Shown here piece by piece: positions 42,971 to 53,863 of a DNA stretch of 64,000 nt; positions within the stretch are counted from its first letter, which is position 1; the number at the start of each line of letters is the position of its first letter. Origin of the DNA: Anaeromyxobacteraceae bacterium. GTDB lineage: Bacteria > Myxococcota > Myxococcia > Myxococcales > Anaeromyxobacteraceae. Both the position numbers and the translations under genes were made by a program. The DNA lies in NCBI GenBank assembly GCA_047602405.1, contig JASGHJ010000001.1, forward strand, positions 864,001 to 928,000, read 5' to 3'. The notes under the pieces were generated by a model, which had not been told where the DNA came from, did not search any database, and saw only the letters and a list, made by a program, of their open reading frames with translations.

Positions 42971-45193
42971 TCATGCGGCGCTGCCGCGAGGAGCCTGCTG
43001 CGAGGCCTTGGGGCCGCCGTCCTCGTAGTAGCCGTACTTGTAATAGTAGGCATACGAGTCGTAGCGGTGGTCGGCGAGGTTCAGGTCGTTCAGGATCGCG
43101 CCGACGAGGTGCGCGTTGACGTCGCGCAACTGGCGCACCGCGTGGCGAGCCATGTCGATCGAAGTCGCGCCGGCGCGGAGGACGAACACCGTACCGTGCG
43201 CGTAGGTCCCGAGCACGAGTGCGTCGGCGACCACACCGACCGGCGGCGAGTCGATGATCACCCGATCGAAGCCGTCTGCCATCTCGTCAATGATCCGCTT
43301 GAACGCCTTCGCGTGCAGGAGCTCGGAGGGGTTCGGCGGTACCGGGCCCGAGGTGAGCACCTTCAGGTTGGGGATCGGCGTGGAACGCACGAGCTCCGAG
43401 AGCGTGCCTTCGCCAAGCGTGAGCGAGGAAAGGCCGGCGCTGTTCGAATGACCGAAGATGCGGTGCATACGCGGGCGTCGCATGTCGGCATCCACGAGCA
43501 GCACCTGGTTGCCGCTCATCGCCATCGTGATAGCGAGCGCGGTCGCGGCAGTGGTCTTGCCCTCCTGCGGGCCCGCCGAGGTGACCACGATGGTCTTTAG
43601 CGGCTTCTCCGGCATCATGAAGAGGATGTTGGTCCGGATGGTCCTGAGGCACTCGGCCGCGACGGACTTGGGCTGCGCGAAGACCTCGAGGTCTCGGGCG
43701 ACGAGCCCGTCCTTGCTTCCCTCGATGCGGGGGTAGATGCCCAGGAACGCGAGCTTCAGGCGCTCCTCGATGGGCTCCTGGCTACGGACGGTGCGATCGA
43801 GGAACTCGGCGCCGAATGCGACTCCGATGCCGCCGATCAAGCCCACGAGCAACGTGACGAGCAGGTTCTGCGGGACGTTCGGCCGGATCGGCCCGCCCTT
43901 CGGCCGGGCGCGGTCGAGCACGCGCACATTGGACAGGCGCAGCATGCTCGAGACGCTCGTGTCCTTGATGCGCTTCAGGAGCAGCTCGAAGATGCGCTCG
44001 TTGTTGTCGTAGGAGCGCTTGAGCTCGAGGTACTCGCGCTCGTACTGGTTGAGACCGAAAGACTCGTCTTTCGTCTGCTGGAGGAGCCGCTCCAGGTTCT
44101 GCTCCTCGAGCCGGGCCTGCTCCGTGTCGCGCCTCACGACGAGCTGTGAGGCGCGGACCTCGCTGTCGAGCGCGGCCTTCGAGGCGGCGAGCTTCTCGTT
44201 GCACGCCGCGAGCGCCGGGTGGCCTGCAAGGTACCTCACCCTGAGATCAGTGCAGCGGAGCTGCTCGTCAAGATAGCGAGTCTTGAGAGCATCCACTGCC
44301 TCCCCCGGCTTCACAGGCACCACCGTTTCATCCTTCTTGAGTCCCCCAGACGCCAATTCTTCTGCAACGAACTGGAGTGCCTTGTTACGAGCCTCAAGCC
44401 CAGCCCTCTTGATCCTGGCCTGCGTCAGCGCGTCGTTGATGGAGGTGAGCCGCTGGGTAACCATGCTCTGCCGGTCCTCCCAGCGAGTCGACACGATGTC
44501 GTGCTCGCGCTTGAAGGCGAAGAGTTGCTTCGAGCTCTCGTCGAGCCTGCGCTGGGCCTCCTCGAGCTGGCCCTCCAGCCACTCCGATGCGCTCGCGTTG
44601 GTCGCGGTGCGCGCGGCCTGGTTCTCGGCGATGTAGGCGTCGGCGAAGGCGTTCGCGATGAGGGAAGCGAGTTCGGGGTCCGACTCCTCGAAGCGGATGC
44701 GGACGATGCGGGATTCCTTGATGGGCTCGACCTTCAGGCGGTTCAGGAGCACACCCGCGACATCCCGCTTCTGCCGGCTCTCCTCCCGCTTCGCCTCGTC
44801 GGCGACCTTCTCGAGCCCCATGAACTTGTCGTTCTGCCGGAGGCCCAGACGATCCGCGACGCGCTGAGCCACTGCGCGGCTGGCGATGACGCGGTACTGC
44901 GTTTCGGAGTATTCGCGCGTCGACCAGTAGTTCGAACCTGCGCCTGCCTCGGCGATTTCTGTTATCTGATCCTTCTCGAGCACACGCGGCGCCTGCACAT
45001 CGATGATGATCGTGCACGTAGCGTCATAGACCTTGGGTTGCCGAAGGGTCTGTACCGTCCCGATGGCGAGGACCGAGAGGAAGAAGGCAGCGGTCAGCCA
45101 GCGGCGGCGCCGCACCACCCTCCAGATGTTGTCGAGGTTGAGGACCTCGGACATCGAGGCCGAGGACTCGCGGGTCGCGTTCTGCTGCTCCAT
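42971..45193 (-). CDS. wzc: Polysaccharide co-polymerase / tyrosine autokinase (Wzc family)
   Basis: Two TM helices flanking a coiled coil, AECLRTIRTNI, Walker A GPQEGKT, DADMRRP, IIDSPP, C-terminal Tyr cluster YAYYYKYGYY. Confidence 0.92.
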   Translation of the reverse strand: MEQQNATRESSASMSEVLNLDNIWRVVRRRRWLTAAFFLSVLAIGTVQTLRQPKVYDATCTIIIDVQAPRVLEKDQITEIAEAGAGSNYWSTREYSETQYRVIASRAVAQRVADRLGLRQNDKFMGLEKVADEAKREESRQKRDVAGVLLNRLKVEPIKESRIVRIRFEESDPELASLIANAFADAYIAENQAARTATNASASEWLEGQLEEAQRRLDESSKQLFAFKREHDIVSTRWEDRQSMVTQRLTSINDALTQARIKRAGLEARNKALQFVAEELASGGLKKDETVVPVKPGEAVDALKTRYLDEQLRCTDLRVRYLAGHPALAACNEKLAASKAALDSEVRASQLVVRRDTEQARLEEQNLERLLQQTKDESFGLNQYEREYLELKRSYDNNERIFELLLKRIKDTSVSSMLRLSNVRVLDRARPKGGPIRPNVPQNLLVTLLVGLIGGIGVAFGAEFLDRTVRSQEPIEERLKLAFLGIYPRIEGSKDGLVARDLEVFAQPKSVAAECLRTIRTNILFMMPEKPLKTIVVTSAGPQEGKTTAATALAITMAMSGNQVLLVDADMRRPRMHRIFGHSNSAGLSSLTLGEGTLSELVRSTPIPNLKVLTSGPVPPNPSELLHAKAFKRIIDEMADGFDRVIIDSPPVGVVADALVLGTYAHGTVFVLRAGATSIDMARHAVRQLRDVNAHLVGAILNDLNLADHRYDSYAYYYKYGYYEDGGPKASQQAPRGSAA

Positions 45194-45348
45194 CCTGGTC
45201 AGGCCCTCGCGGTCTGTGCGCCCCGTCCCCAATCGGCACGCGCTGGAGGTCAATTCTTACGGCGACTGGCGGGATGAAGTCGAGCGAGCGTCAGCCGATT
45301 TCGCGACGGGCTGGGAGAAGCCGCCAATCTGTGGTTCTTTGATAGGGC

Positions 45349-47797
45349 GTGCGGAGGCGCAGGGCCAGCCGCTGGAGCGACCGCGTGCCAGGGTGGCTGC
45401 TCGCCGCCCTGGTGGTTGCCGCTCCACTCGTTCGCGGAGGCGTGGACCTCTGGGTCGTCACGGCGTTCGCCGTCGCTGCGTTGGGCGCTGCGCTGTCGCG
45501 CGGACACGCGCACTATCCCGCCACCGCCGTCGCGATGCTCCTAGCGGTGCTCGTCGCGCTTCTCCAACTCGCGCCGCTGCCGCCCTGGCTCCACTTCTTC
45601 TCTCCCGGCGCCCGCTCGGTCTTTCAAGCGGCGCTGCAACCGCTCGGGCTGTACCCGAGCTGGCGGCCGCTCTCGCTCGCCCCCGGCGAGGGCCTGAGAA
45701 CCCTGCCGCACGCGCTAGCGCTCCTAGCGACGTTCATCGCCGCCCGCTCCGTAGCCGAACACGGCGCCGACCGGCGCAGGCTCGCCCTCTCGGTCGCGCT
45801 CGCTGGCGTCGGTACCGCGGCTGCGGTCGTGTTCCTCGCGCTCACCGGTGCCACCTCGTTCGTCGAGCCGCACCTCCCCTTCGTAAACCCGAACCACCTC
45901 GCCGCGCTCACCGGGTTCGCGGCGATCACCGCCGCAGGCGTTGCGGCGGGAGAGGCCGGAACGGGGCGGCTACCCTGGCTCGCCGGGGCGGCGCTCGCGG
46001 CAGTGGTCACGCTTCTCACGCTGTCCCGCTCTGGCTTCATGGCACTCCTCGGCGGTGCCGTGGTCCTGCTCGTCCTGGACCGGCGCGCCCGCAGCGAAGG
46101 CATCGAGGAGCGCACCACCGCGGACCGCGGGTGGCCCGCCCGACTGGCTCCCGCAGTGACGGGCGTGGCGGCCGTCGTGATTGCGGTGGCCGTGCTCGCG
46201 TACGAGCCCGTCACTGGTGAGGTCCGCTCCATCGGCGCGTTCTCGGCGGAGGCGAAGCCGAGGCTCTGGCTGACCGGGCTCGGCATGCTGTGGCCCTTCG
46301 CGCTGCTCGGGATGGGCCGGGGCGCCTTCGCGACGGTGTCGAGCGCGCACTGGCTCGAGCCCGCACCCTACACGTACACGCACGTCGAGAACACGTGGCT
46401 GCAGCTCCTGCTCGACCTCGGCATCCCTACTGGAGGGCTGCTCATCGCCGCGCTCGCGTGGACGTGGCTCTCGGCCGCCCGTGACGCAAAGCGCGGCTCC
46501 TCCGATGTCGCCCTGCTTGCGGGCCTGGCGGCTCTGTTCGTGCACGACCTCGCCGACTTTTCGCTCGAGACCCTCGGCGTTGGGATTCCCGCCGCGGCGG
46601 CGCTGGGGCTCCTCTCGCGGAAGGTCCCCAGCTACCGCGTGCCACCCTGGGCGTTCCACCTCGTGGGAGTCGTCGCGCTCGCCGGAGCACTCACCGCCTC
46701 GGTGGCGTACTCGCGAATCGTTGCGCCTGCTCAAGCAGCCGTCCTGCCCGGCGCGGCCGCGCCGGATCCGCGCGTCGCGGGCGCGCGGGCCCTTTGGTAC
46801 GCGCCTTCCGACTACGTGGTCGCGGCGAACGTGGGCGCCTCCTTAGAGGCTCAGGGCCACTGCGCACAGGCTATGCCTTGGCTCTCGTCGGCGACCTTCC
46901 TCGACCCAAGTGCGCCCGAGCCGCACCTTCTTCTCGCAAGGTGCCTGAAGGCTGGCGGGAAGCTCGAGTTGGCCAGGCAGGAGACGGTTCTCACCATCGC
47001 TCTGGGTGATCCTCGAGGCTACCAAGAGGCCATCGAGACCTGGGCGGAACTTGCCGATCTGGTTCGCGCCGTGCCAGCCACGCCGGATCACCTCCTCGCC
47101 CTTGGCGAACGTCTCGGCTTCTCTCGACCCGATGACGCGGCCCATGTGCTTCGAACGGTTCTGGACGAGTATCTCGATGATCGGGCCCTTCTGCCGCTCG
47201 CCCAGGTGGAGCTCATGCGCAAACAGCCTGACGCAGCGCTCGAGCTGGCGAGACGTGCCCAGAGGTCGCGTACGCCGTCGAAGGAGGCTTGGCGACTTGC
47301 CTATTCGGCTCTCGTTACGCAGGGCAACGCAGACGGAGCAGATGAAGAGCTCCCGGGCCGGCGCGATGCGCTTTCCTGGCAGCGCCCTCCTGCTGTCTCC
47401 CCTCGTAGAGCGTGCCCTGACATTTCAGCACTACGCCGAGGCCCGGCGGTTGGCCGAGGAGATCGCACCTGGCTCTTCCGGTGAGGCATCCGGCAAGTAC
47501 CTCCTCCTCGCGCGCGTCTACGCCGCCCAGGGCCGGTTCGCCGAGGCCCTCCAGGAGGACCGCGCGGCCGCCGCGGCCATGCCGGACTCGGCGACGCCCC
47601 TCCTGCAGCTCGCCACGCACGCCCAGAGCGCCGGCCACTTTGGCGACGCCGTCGCAGCGCTCGAGCAGGCCTGCCCGTTGCCCGGGGTCGACAGGGCTGG
47701 ATGTGAGCGGCAGCTCCTCCGCGCACGCGAGCTCGAGAAGGCCGACGAAGAGGCCGCCCGGCAGAAGGCGATAGACCGGCTCGTGGAGCCACGTTGA
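45349..47797 (+). CDS. O-antigen ligase-like (Wzy_C) membrane protein with C-terminal TPRs; apparent +1 frameshift at ~47353
   Basis: FVNPNHLA, TLSRSG, G.GRGAF, THVENTWLQ; deleting one C in CTCCCGG joins to RAGAMRFPGS... (ORF 47006-47797). Confidence 0.8.
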
Positions 47798-48951
47798 CGG
47801 CGCATGGATCCGAGCCGTTGCGCTGGGTCGTGCTCTACACCGGCGCGCGTATGGGCTACGCGGTCCCCGCGATGCTGGCTCGGCGCGGGCTCCTCGAGCG
47901 CTTCTACACGGACGCGCACGCGCCGACGTGGCTGCCGGCGTCCCTCGCGTCCCTTCCCCTTCTGCCGCGCGGAGTCTCGCGGCTGCTCGGGCGGAGGCTC
48001 CCTCCGGAGCTCGAGGGCAAGGTCGCGTCGGTACCCCTCGCCGCGCGCGACGAGGAGCGCCTCCGCGCCCGGGTCCTCGCCGACGGGTTCGGCGAGGCGG
48101 GCGGCCTTTACACGCTGACCGCCGCGGACCTGCCGGTCGTCCGCGCAGCGAAGGAGCGCGGGCTGCGCGTGGTCCACGAGCAGATCATCGCCCCGCACGT
48201 GGGCCGCGAGGTCCGGTCCGAGCGCCTCGCCTATCCAGGCCTCGAGCCGCTCGTCCCCGAGGCCGAGATAGAGGCGGGCATCGCGCGCGACATCGAGCAG
48301 TGGCGGCTCGCGGACGTGGTGCTGGCGCCCTCCGAGCACGTGCGCGAAGAAGTCGCGTCGCACGGGATCCCGCCCGACCGGCTCCGCGTCGTGCCGTACG
48401 GCGTTCCGGAGGCCTGGCTCGAGACCACGCCCACGCCCGAGCCCGGCCGCCTCCTCTTCGTCGGCTCGGTCGTGCTGCGGAAGGGCGTGCAGCACCTCGC
48501 GGCCGCGAGCCGGCTCCTACGCTCGCGCGGCCTCGGGCACCGCGCCCGCGTGGTCGGGCCTGTGGGCGTGGCGCACCGGGCGCACCCGGCGCTCGCCGGG
48601 GTGGAGCTCGTCGGCCAGGTCCCGCGCGCCCGCGTGCGCGAAGAGTTCCTGATGGGCGACATCTTCGTGTTTCCGACGCTCGCCGAGGGCTGCGCGCTCG
48701 TGCACCTCGAGGCCCTCGCGTGCGGCCTACCGGTCGTCACGACGCCAGCGTGCGGCTCGGTCGTGCGCGACGGAGTCGAGGGCTTCATCGTCCCGCCGCG
48801 GGACCCCGAGGCGCTCGCGGAGCGCGTGGCGAAGCTCCTCGGCGACCGAGACCTTCGCGCGCGCATGTCCGCCGCCGCGCGGGCCCGGGCGCGGGAATTC
48901 ACCTGGGCCGGGTACGGCGATCGTTTGTTCGCCGCGCTCCCGGAAGCCTGA
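47794..48951 (+). CDS. GT4 glycosyltransferase
   Basis: GARMGYAVP, FVGSVVLRKG, EGCALVHLEALACGLP. Confidence 0.88.
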   Translation: MTAHGSEPLRWVVLYTGARMGYAVPAMLARRGLLERFYTDAHAPTWLPASLASLPLLPRGVSRLLGRRLPPELEGKVASVPLAARDEERLRARVLADGFGEAGGLYTLTAADLPVVRAAKERGLRVVHEQIIAPHVGREVRSERLAYPGLEPLVPEAEIEAGIARDIEQWRLADVVLAPSEHVREEVASHGIPPDRLRVVPYGVPEAWLETTPTPEPGRLLFVGSVVLRKGVQHLAAASRLLRSRGLGHRARVVGPVGVAHRAHPALAGVELVGQVPRARVREEFLMGDIFVFPTLAEGCALVHLEALACGLPVVTTPACGSVVRDGVEGFIVPPRDPEALAERVAKLLGDRDLRARMSAAARARAREFTWAGYGDRLFAALPEA

Positions 48952-48966
48952 GGTGGGCGGCGGGGC

Positions 48967-50409
48967 TCACGCGCCGGGGAGACGCGCGCGCCAGGTCAGC
49001 TTCAGTTCCGTCGGAAGCGTTCTGAGTGCCCACACAGCCATGCCCACGGCCAGCGACGCTGATGCCGACCAGCCCAGCAGCGGGACGTACGTTTGGAGTC
49101 GGGCGGACACGAGCGCTCCCGCCAACGCCAGGGTAGGAATCCAAAGGGCTCGCGCGCTGGCTTCGAGTACTCCAGCCATCCGGAAGAGCAGCACGGCGTC
49201 GACCGACACTCGAAGCGCCCACGCGACGGCGGCCCCCGTGACTCCCCAGAGCCGGAGCGCAATGGCCAAGGTAGCGAGGTAGCAGGGCAATTCGATGAGG
49301 TGCATTCTCGCGATGCGATCCGGTCGGCCTTTCGCCAGCAGCGCCGAGTGAGCGAGCATCGCCATCCCGTTGAACCAGACCCCGACGAAGAGGACCTGAG
49401 CTGCCGCAGTGGCCTTCGCGGCGAATTCGGGACCGATCCAGAACCCGAGGAACGTTCCGGCTAGGGTAATGCCTAGGACCACCGCTGGCGTCATCACGCT
49501 GGCCACTGCTTTGACGGACTTGTCCATCAGCGTGGCCCTCCGCTCCACCCCCTCGCTCGCCAGCCGAGGCATGAGTGCCCCGGACAGGCTCGCCGGCAGC
49601 ATGAGCGTGCGCGACGTCAGGCCCTGCGGAACACCGTAGTAGGTGACCGCCTCCGTGCCCGAGATGTTTCCAATCACGAGCCTGTCGAGGCTCGTCATGA
49701 GCGGGCCAACAATTGAGCTGACGGTGATCCAGCCGCCATAGCTGAGCAGGCGCTTCGCGGAGCCGAGATCGAAACCGGCGAGATTCCTTAACGGCACTGC
49801 GTTCCTGCACAGCAGAAATCCGAGAAGGCTCGTCACCACACGCGAGGAGAGAGCGGCCGGAATGAGCCACGCGAGCGAGGTGCTGTACCGCCAGGCCACG
49901 AGCAAGGGAGCGCCCTGCGCCACCACCTGGCCAAGAGTCGAGACGATGGCGGCTGCTCCAAAGGCTTCCCGCCCCTGCAGCGCGCCGGAGAAGACGGACC
50001 CGACCATGCTGAGGGGCAGCGCCAGGGCGATCCATGGCAGCGCGGCCAGGCTCTCCGACCGAAGCGCGGCGTCCATCGAAACTACGCTGCCGAGGACGAC
50101 ATGCGCGACCACGAACAGGATGAGCGCGGCCGCCACGCCCATGGCCGCGTTCATGACGAGGGCTGTCCAGACCAGTCGACCGCGTTCTTCGGGGGTCCCT
50201 GACCGGAGGATCGCCATTCTCTGCGACGTCGCCTGTCCCACACCGAGGTCGAACAGTGCGAAGTACCCCAGCAGGACCCACGCGATCAGCAGGACTCCAT
50301 AGCGTGCCTCTCCGATCATCCTGAGGAGCGGCGGGACGGCAGCGAGCGATACCGCGACGGAGATAACCTGGCCCGTCAGGTTTAGGGCCGTATTGCGGCG
50401 AAGGCTCAT
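48967..50409 (-). CDS. wzx: Wzx flippase
   Basis: MSLRRNTALNL.GQ, YFALFDLG, LLSYGGWITVS, DRLVIG; many TM segments. Confidence 0.88.
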   Translation of the reverse strand: MSLRRNTALNLTGQVISVAVSLAAVPPLLRMIGEARYGVLLIAWVLLGYFALFDLGVGQATSQRMAILRSGTPEERGRLVWTALVMNAAMGVAAALILFVVAHVVLGSVVSMDAALRSESLAALPWIALALPLSMVGSVFSGALQGREAFGAAAIVSTLGQVVAQGAPLLVAWRYSTSLAWLIPAALSSRVVTSLLGFLLCRNAVPLRNLAGFDLGSAKRLLSYGGWITVSSIVGPLMTSLDRLVIGNISGTEAVTYYGVPQGLTSRTLMLPASLSGALMPRLASEGVERRATLMDKSVKAVASVMTPAVVLGITLAGTFLGFWIGPEFAAKATAAAQVLFVGVWFNGMAMLAHSALLAKGRPDRIARMHLIELPCYLATLAIALRLWGVTGAAVAWALRVSVDAVLLFRMAGVLEASARALWIPTLALAGALVSARLQTYVPLLGWSASASLAVGMAVWALRTLPTELKLTWRARLPGA

Positions 50410-51419
50410 CTGAACGCCTTTGATGGAAGCGCCGCCGCCCCCACCCGCAGCAGATCCTTGAGCCCGGCACGCCAGCCCAGGCCGCCGCGGCGGTGAGAGG
50501 TGTACGCGCCCCCGAGGATCATCGCCGCGACCCGACCCGCTCGTAGACTGCCTGGAGACGTTCGCGAGCAGAGCAGTGCCCGGCCGTACAACCATTTTGC
50601 CTGCCGTCGATACATTTCGGCTGCTTCTCGCACGTCCCTGGGCTCGCAGATACTCGCTGAACTGGAGTTTCGCTCCAGGTAGTCCGCGATGCGGGTGATC
50701 GTTTCTGCTTGATGTCTGAACTGGTCCTCGAACCTCGAGTCGGTGAGCTCCTCGTTCAGTGGCGGCCTTTCAGTGAACTGCGATGTGTTAGCGTCGTGGC
50801 GCCGGTAGAGCGCGAGCACGTCGGGGACGTAGGCAACGACGCCCAGCGTGCTGGCGAGAACGAACACCCAGCGGTCGTGCGTCTCGATCGGGCGATCTCG
50901 CACAGGCATCTCTCGAACCAGGCGACCGTCGAACGTGGCCGTGAAACCGAGAGGGGGCAGCCAGATTCGCTCCCGCCTGGGCTTCACCAACCTCAGTCGA
51001 TTGAATCGAGGCACCTGCAACAGCTTGCCCGTGGGGCGCAGCGCCGCATCGACGATCTCGGCGCGATGAGCGACGTAGAGGGTAGCGGGGTGCATCCCCT
51101 GGATCCGAGCCACCACCTCCAGCTTCCTCGGTAACCACACGTCATCCTGATCCGCGAAAGCGATCCAGGGTTCTCGACAGAGCGACGCGGCCTTGAAGAA
51201 GTTCTCGGACGGGCCCAGGCGCTGTTCGTTCCGGACGACCCGCACTGGAAATGGTGCGCTGCTCGCGAACTCCTCCAGAATCGCAAGGGTACGATCGGTC
51301 GAGCCGTCATCTGTCACCACGAGTTCCGCCGGCGGGGCGGTCTGAGCGCGGAAGGACTCGAGCTGCTCCGCCAGGAAGCGTTGGCCGTTGTAGGTCGCAA
51401 GCGCGATAGAGACCCTCAC
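50406..51419 (-). CDS. GT2 glycosyltransferase
   Basis: SIALATYNG.RFL.EQL.S, DDGSTD, FADQDDVW. Confidence 0.9.
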   Translation of the reverse strand: MRVSIALATYNGQRFLAEQLESFRAQTAPPAELVVTDDGSTDRTLAILEEFASSAPFPVRVVRNEQRLGPSENFFKAASLCREPWIAFADQDDVWLPRKLEVVARIQGMHPATLYVAHRAEIVDAALRPTGKLLQVPRFNRLRLVKPRRERIWLPPLGFTATFDGRLVREMPVRDRPIETHDRWVFVLASTLGVVAYVPDVLALYRRHDANTSQFTERPPLNEELTDSRFEDQFRHQAETITRIADYLERNSSSASICEPRDVREAAEMYRRQAKWLYGRALLCSRTSPGSLRAGRVAAMILGGAYTSHRRGGLGWRAGLKDLLRVGAAALPSKAFR

Positions 51420-52450
51420 GGACTCTTCTCCGCGACGACGGCCAGCTCTTCACCGCGGCTGCGCACGAGCAGTGCCTCTGCCTCGAGCATCACGAGTTCG
51501 CGCTCGGAGCAGGCCGGGCCCCTTCCCGCCGCGGCGACTCCGGCACGGTGCATCCAGCGGGTTGAGGGATAAGGAGTCACCCAACGCAGCCTCGTAAAGC
51601 CCGACTCCTTCAGCAGCCTCGTGAGGCTCCTCCGGGTGAAGAGCACCACGTGCCTGGGAGGTTCGAGTCCCCGCCAGGATGACCCCATTCGCCGATGAAG
51701 TGGGCTCTCAAGGTTCGGGGTTGCCATCCAGAGCCGGCCCCCTGGCGTCAGAAGCTGCCTCGCCCTGGCGAGAGTCTCCCCGGGCCGGTGCAGGTGCTCG
51801 ACCACATGGGCCATCGTGATCGCGTCGAAGCTCCCGACGGGGAAGGCTCCACTCTCGAGTGGACCTTCCGTGATTTTGAACCCACGGGCACGTGCCTGGA
51901 CCGAGGCCGCGCAATCCACTTCTTGCCCTTCGGCCTGCCACCCAAGCGACGCAGCTTGGGTGAGAAAGGCTCCCGATCCACACCCAACGTCCAAGAGACG
52001 GGCGCCAACCCTTGGCAGCTCAAGGTTTCTCACCGACCAATCGAACGCGACTCGATGCCGTGGGAAGACCAACGGCACGAGCCAGCGGGCTACCGGTAGC
52101 CCGCTGTCCAGTGGAAATCCGTACCGCTCGACGAGGTAGCCTCTTCGCAGCGCAGCCTTCAGCTTCCCCACCAGGGTGGACGACTCGGGGGGCGGCGCGA
52201 ACGATGGGACCTCCTCGTGCGTGTAGTAAGAGCGGTACGCTGCGGCGATCGTCTTCTCTGTAGGGCGCGGATCGAGGTAGGCCGCTCCGCAGCCGGCGCA
52301 CCGGACGAGCGCCCACAGGCCCGGCGCCCCGAAAAGCGTGTCCCTCAGCCCCTCGTAGAGTGGCAGCCTTTTTGGCGAGGCGCACACCGGGCATCGCGGA
52401 ACCGCCTCGAGCTCGAGCCTGTCCAGAGAAGCTGTCGTCTCCTCGATCAT
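51416..52450 (-). CDS. Class I SAM-dependent methyltransferase with N-terminal Zn-ribbon
   Basis: CPVC...CAGC, LLDVGCGSG, HVVEHL, PPRH. Confidence 0.85.
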   Translation of the reverse strand: MIEETTASLDRLELEAVPRCPVCASPKRLPLYEGLRDTLFGAPGLWALVRCAGCGAAYLDPRPTEKTIAAAYRSYYTHEEVPSFAPPPESSTLVGKLKAALRRGYLVERYGFPLDSGLPVARWLVPLVFPRHRVAFDWSVRNLELPRVGARLLDVGCGSGAFLTQAASLGWQAEGQEVDCAASVQARARGFKITEGPLESGAFPVGSFDAITMAHVVEHLHRPGETLARARQLLTPGGRLWMATPNLESPLHRRMGSSWRGLEPPRHVVLFTRRSLTRLLKESGFTRLRWVTPYPSTRWMHRAGVAAAGRGPACSERELVMLEAEALLVRSRGEELAVVAEKSP

Positions 52451-52463
52451 TCGTCGGCGCGCC

Positions 52464-53762
52464 TCACTCTTCTGGCAAGACCTGACGCCCGACCTGCGCC
52501 GGAAGCGCTTCGAAGTAGCGCTTCATCCGGAGCATGCGGGACTCCAAGAGGAACCAACTCGCCCGTGCGAGCCCATAGCTGAGCAACGCTCCGGCGGCGA
52601 TGTACCCCAGGTTCATCAGTCTGCCCTCGACAGCGAACCCGAACCTCGCGAGTACCCGCTGGCCTTCGCTATGGAGCGGCCAATGGAGCACGTAGATCGC
52701 GTAGCTGTACTTCCCTAAGGACCTCGGCAACCTCGAGGCGAGGATCAGGCACACCCAGGCGGTGCGTTGCAGTGCGAGCCAAAGGATGGTGGCGAACGGA
52801 ATCGAGACCAGCGTGTATCCGAAGGTCAGCACCCACGGGTTCTCCCAGGTCCACTGCGACCACGTCAGCGGCAGCGCCACCAGGAGAAGAACGGACGCTC
52901 CTACTAGTGCGTTACGGATCGTGTAACGGAATCGCAGCGTGGCATCACGCATCAGGGCCGCCAGCGCCGCTCCGATTAGCAGACCGTCCATGCGGCAGAC
53001 CGTGAGGCGATGGATGGGCTTGTCGAAGTGTGGGCCCCACAGCAGGTCGCCCCCGAACGACAAGCCTGCGCGACAAGCGATCGCGCAGAGGATGCCTGCC
53101 AGCGCCAGCCACAGCGTTCGGCGCGGCGTTTGCGCCCACCAGACGGCGAGCGCCCAGCCCACATAGAACTGTTCTTCCACCGCTAGTGACCAAAAGTGAA
53201 TCAGGCCGCTGACATCTCGGTTCTGAGCCGCCAGGAGGTTCTGGGTGTAAGTCCAGTAGAAGAACTGGGTCCGGGGCTGGATGACGTTGTCGAGAAGCTC
53301 TCTGTCCCTCCCTTGGAGGACCGCGCCAAGCCCGAAGTACAGCAGCACGAACCAGCAGAACAGGACCGCATAGTACAGAGGGAAAATGCGGAGGGAGCGA
53401 CGCGCAAAGAAGGACGAAAAGTAGTTCGGCGCTGCTCGGGTATCCAAGAGGATGCCCGTAATCAAGAAGCCAGACAGCACGAAGAACAAGTCCACGCCAG
53501 CCCACCCGAAGCCGATCAACGTGGACGGCAGTGCGTCGAAACCCGTCTGGTAGCGAGCTCGGTAGCCAAGGCCGAAGTGGAAGATGACCACGAGCGTGAT
53601 CGCCAAGCCACGCAGGCCGTCAAGCTCGGGGAGCTGTGTTCGACGCTCATCCAGAGCCGACGAACGCCGCTCCACAACCGCGCGTTCTTCTGCCCAACGA
53701 GACGGGTCCGTCACCAAGGCATTCTCCCACATGCCCGGGGTTTGCTCGAACCGCGGCATCAT
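52464..53762 (-). CDS. Acyltransferase 3 family (OafA-like O-acyltransferase); start uncertain
   Basis: LDGLRGLA, GVDLFFVLSGFLI, RR.LRIFPLY, HFWSLAVEEQFY, SYAIYVLH. Confidence 0.9.
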   Translation of the reverse strand: MMPRFEQTPGMWENALVTDPSRWAEERAVVERRSSALDERRTQLPELDGLRGLAITLVVIFHFGLGYRARYQTGFDALPSTLIGFGWAGVDLFFVLSGFLITGILLDTRAAPNYFSSFFARRSLRIFPLYYAVLFCWFVLLYFGLGAVLQGRDRELLDNVIQPRTQFFYWTYTQNLLAAQNRDVSGLIHFWSLAVEEQFYVGWALAVWWAQTPRRTLWLALAGILCAIACRAGLSFGGDLLWGPHFDKPIHRLTVCRMDGLLIGAALAALMRDATLRFRYTIRNALVGASVLLLVALPLTWSQWTWENPWVLTFGYTLVSIPFATILWLALQRTAWVCLILASRLPRSLGKYSYAIYVLHWPLHSEGQRVLARFGFAVEGRLMNLGYIAAGALLSYGLARASWFLLESRMLRMKRYFEALPAQVGRQVLPEE

Positions 53763-53863
53763 GGGCTCGATGCGTTGCTGTCGCTGAGCGCCGCCCCTTG
53801 AAGCGCTCTCTACTGCCTCGACGCTGAGCTTCGGTCGCTCCTCACGTCCGCTGCCAGGTTTGG

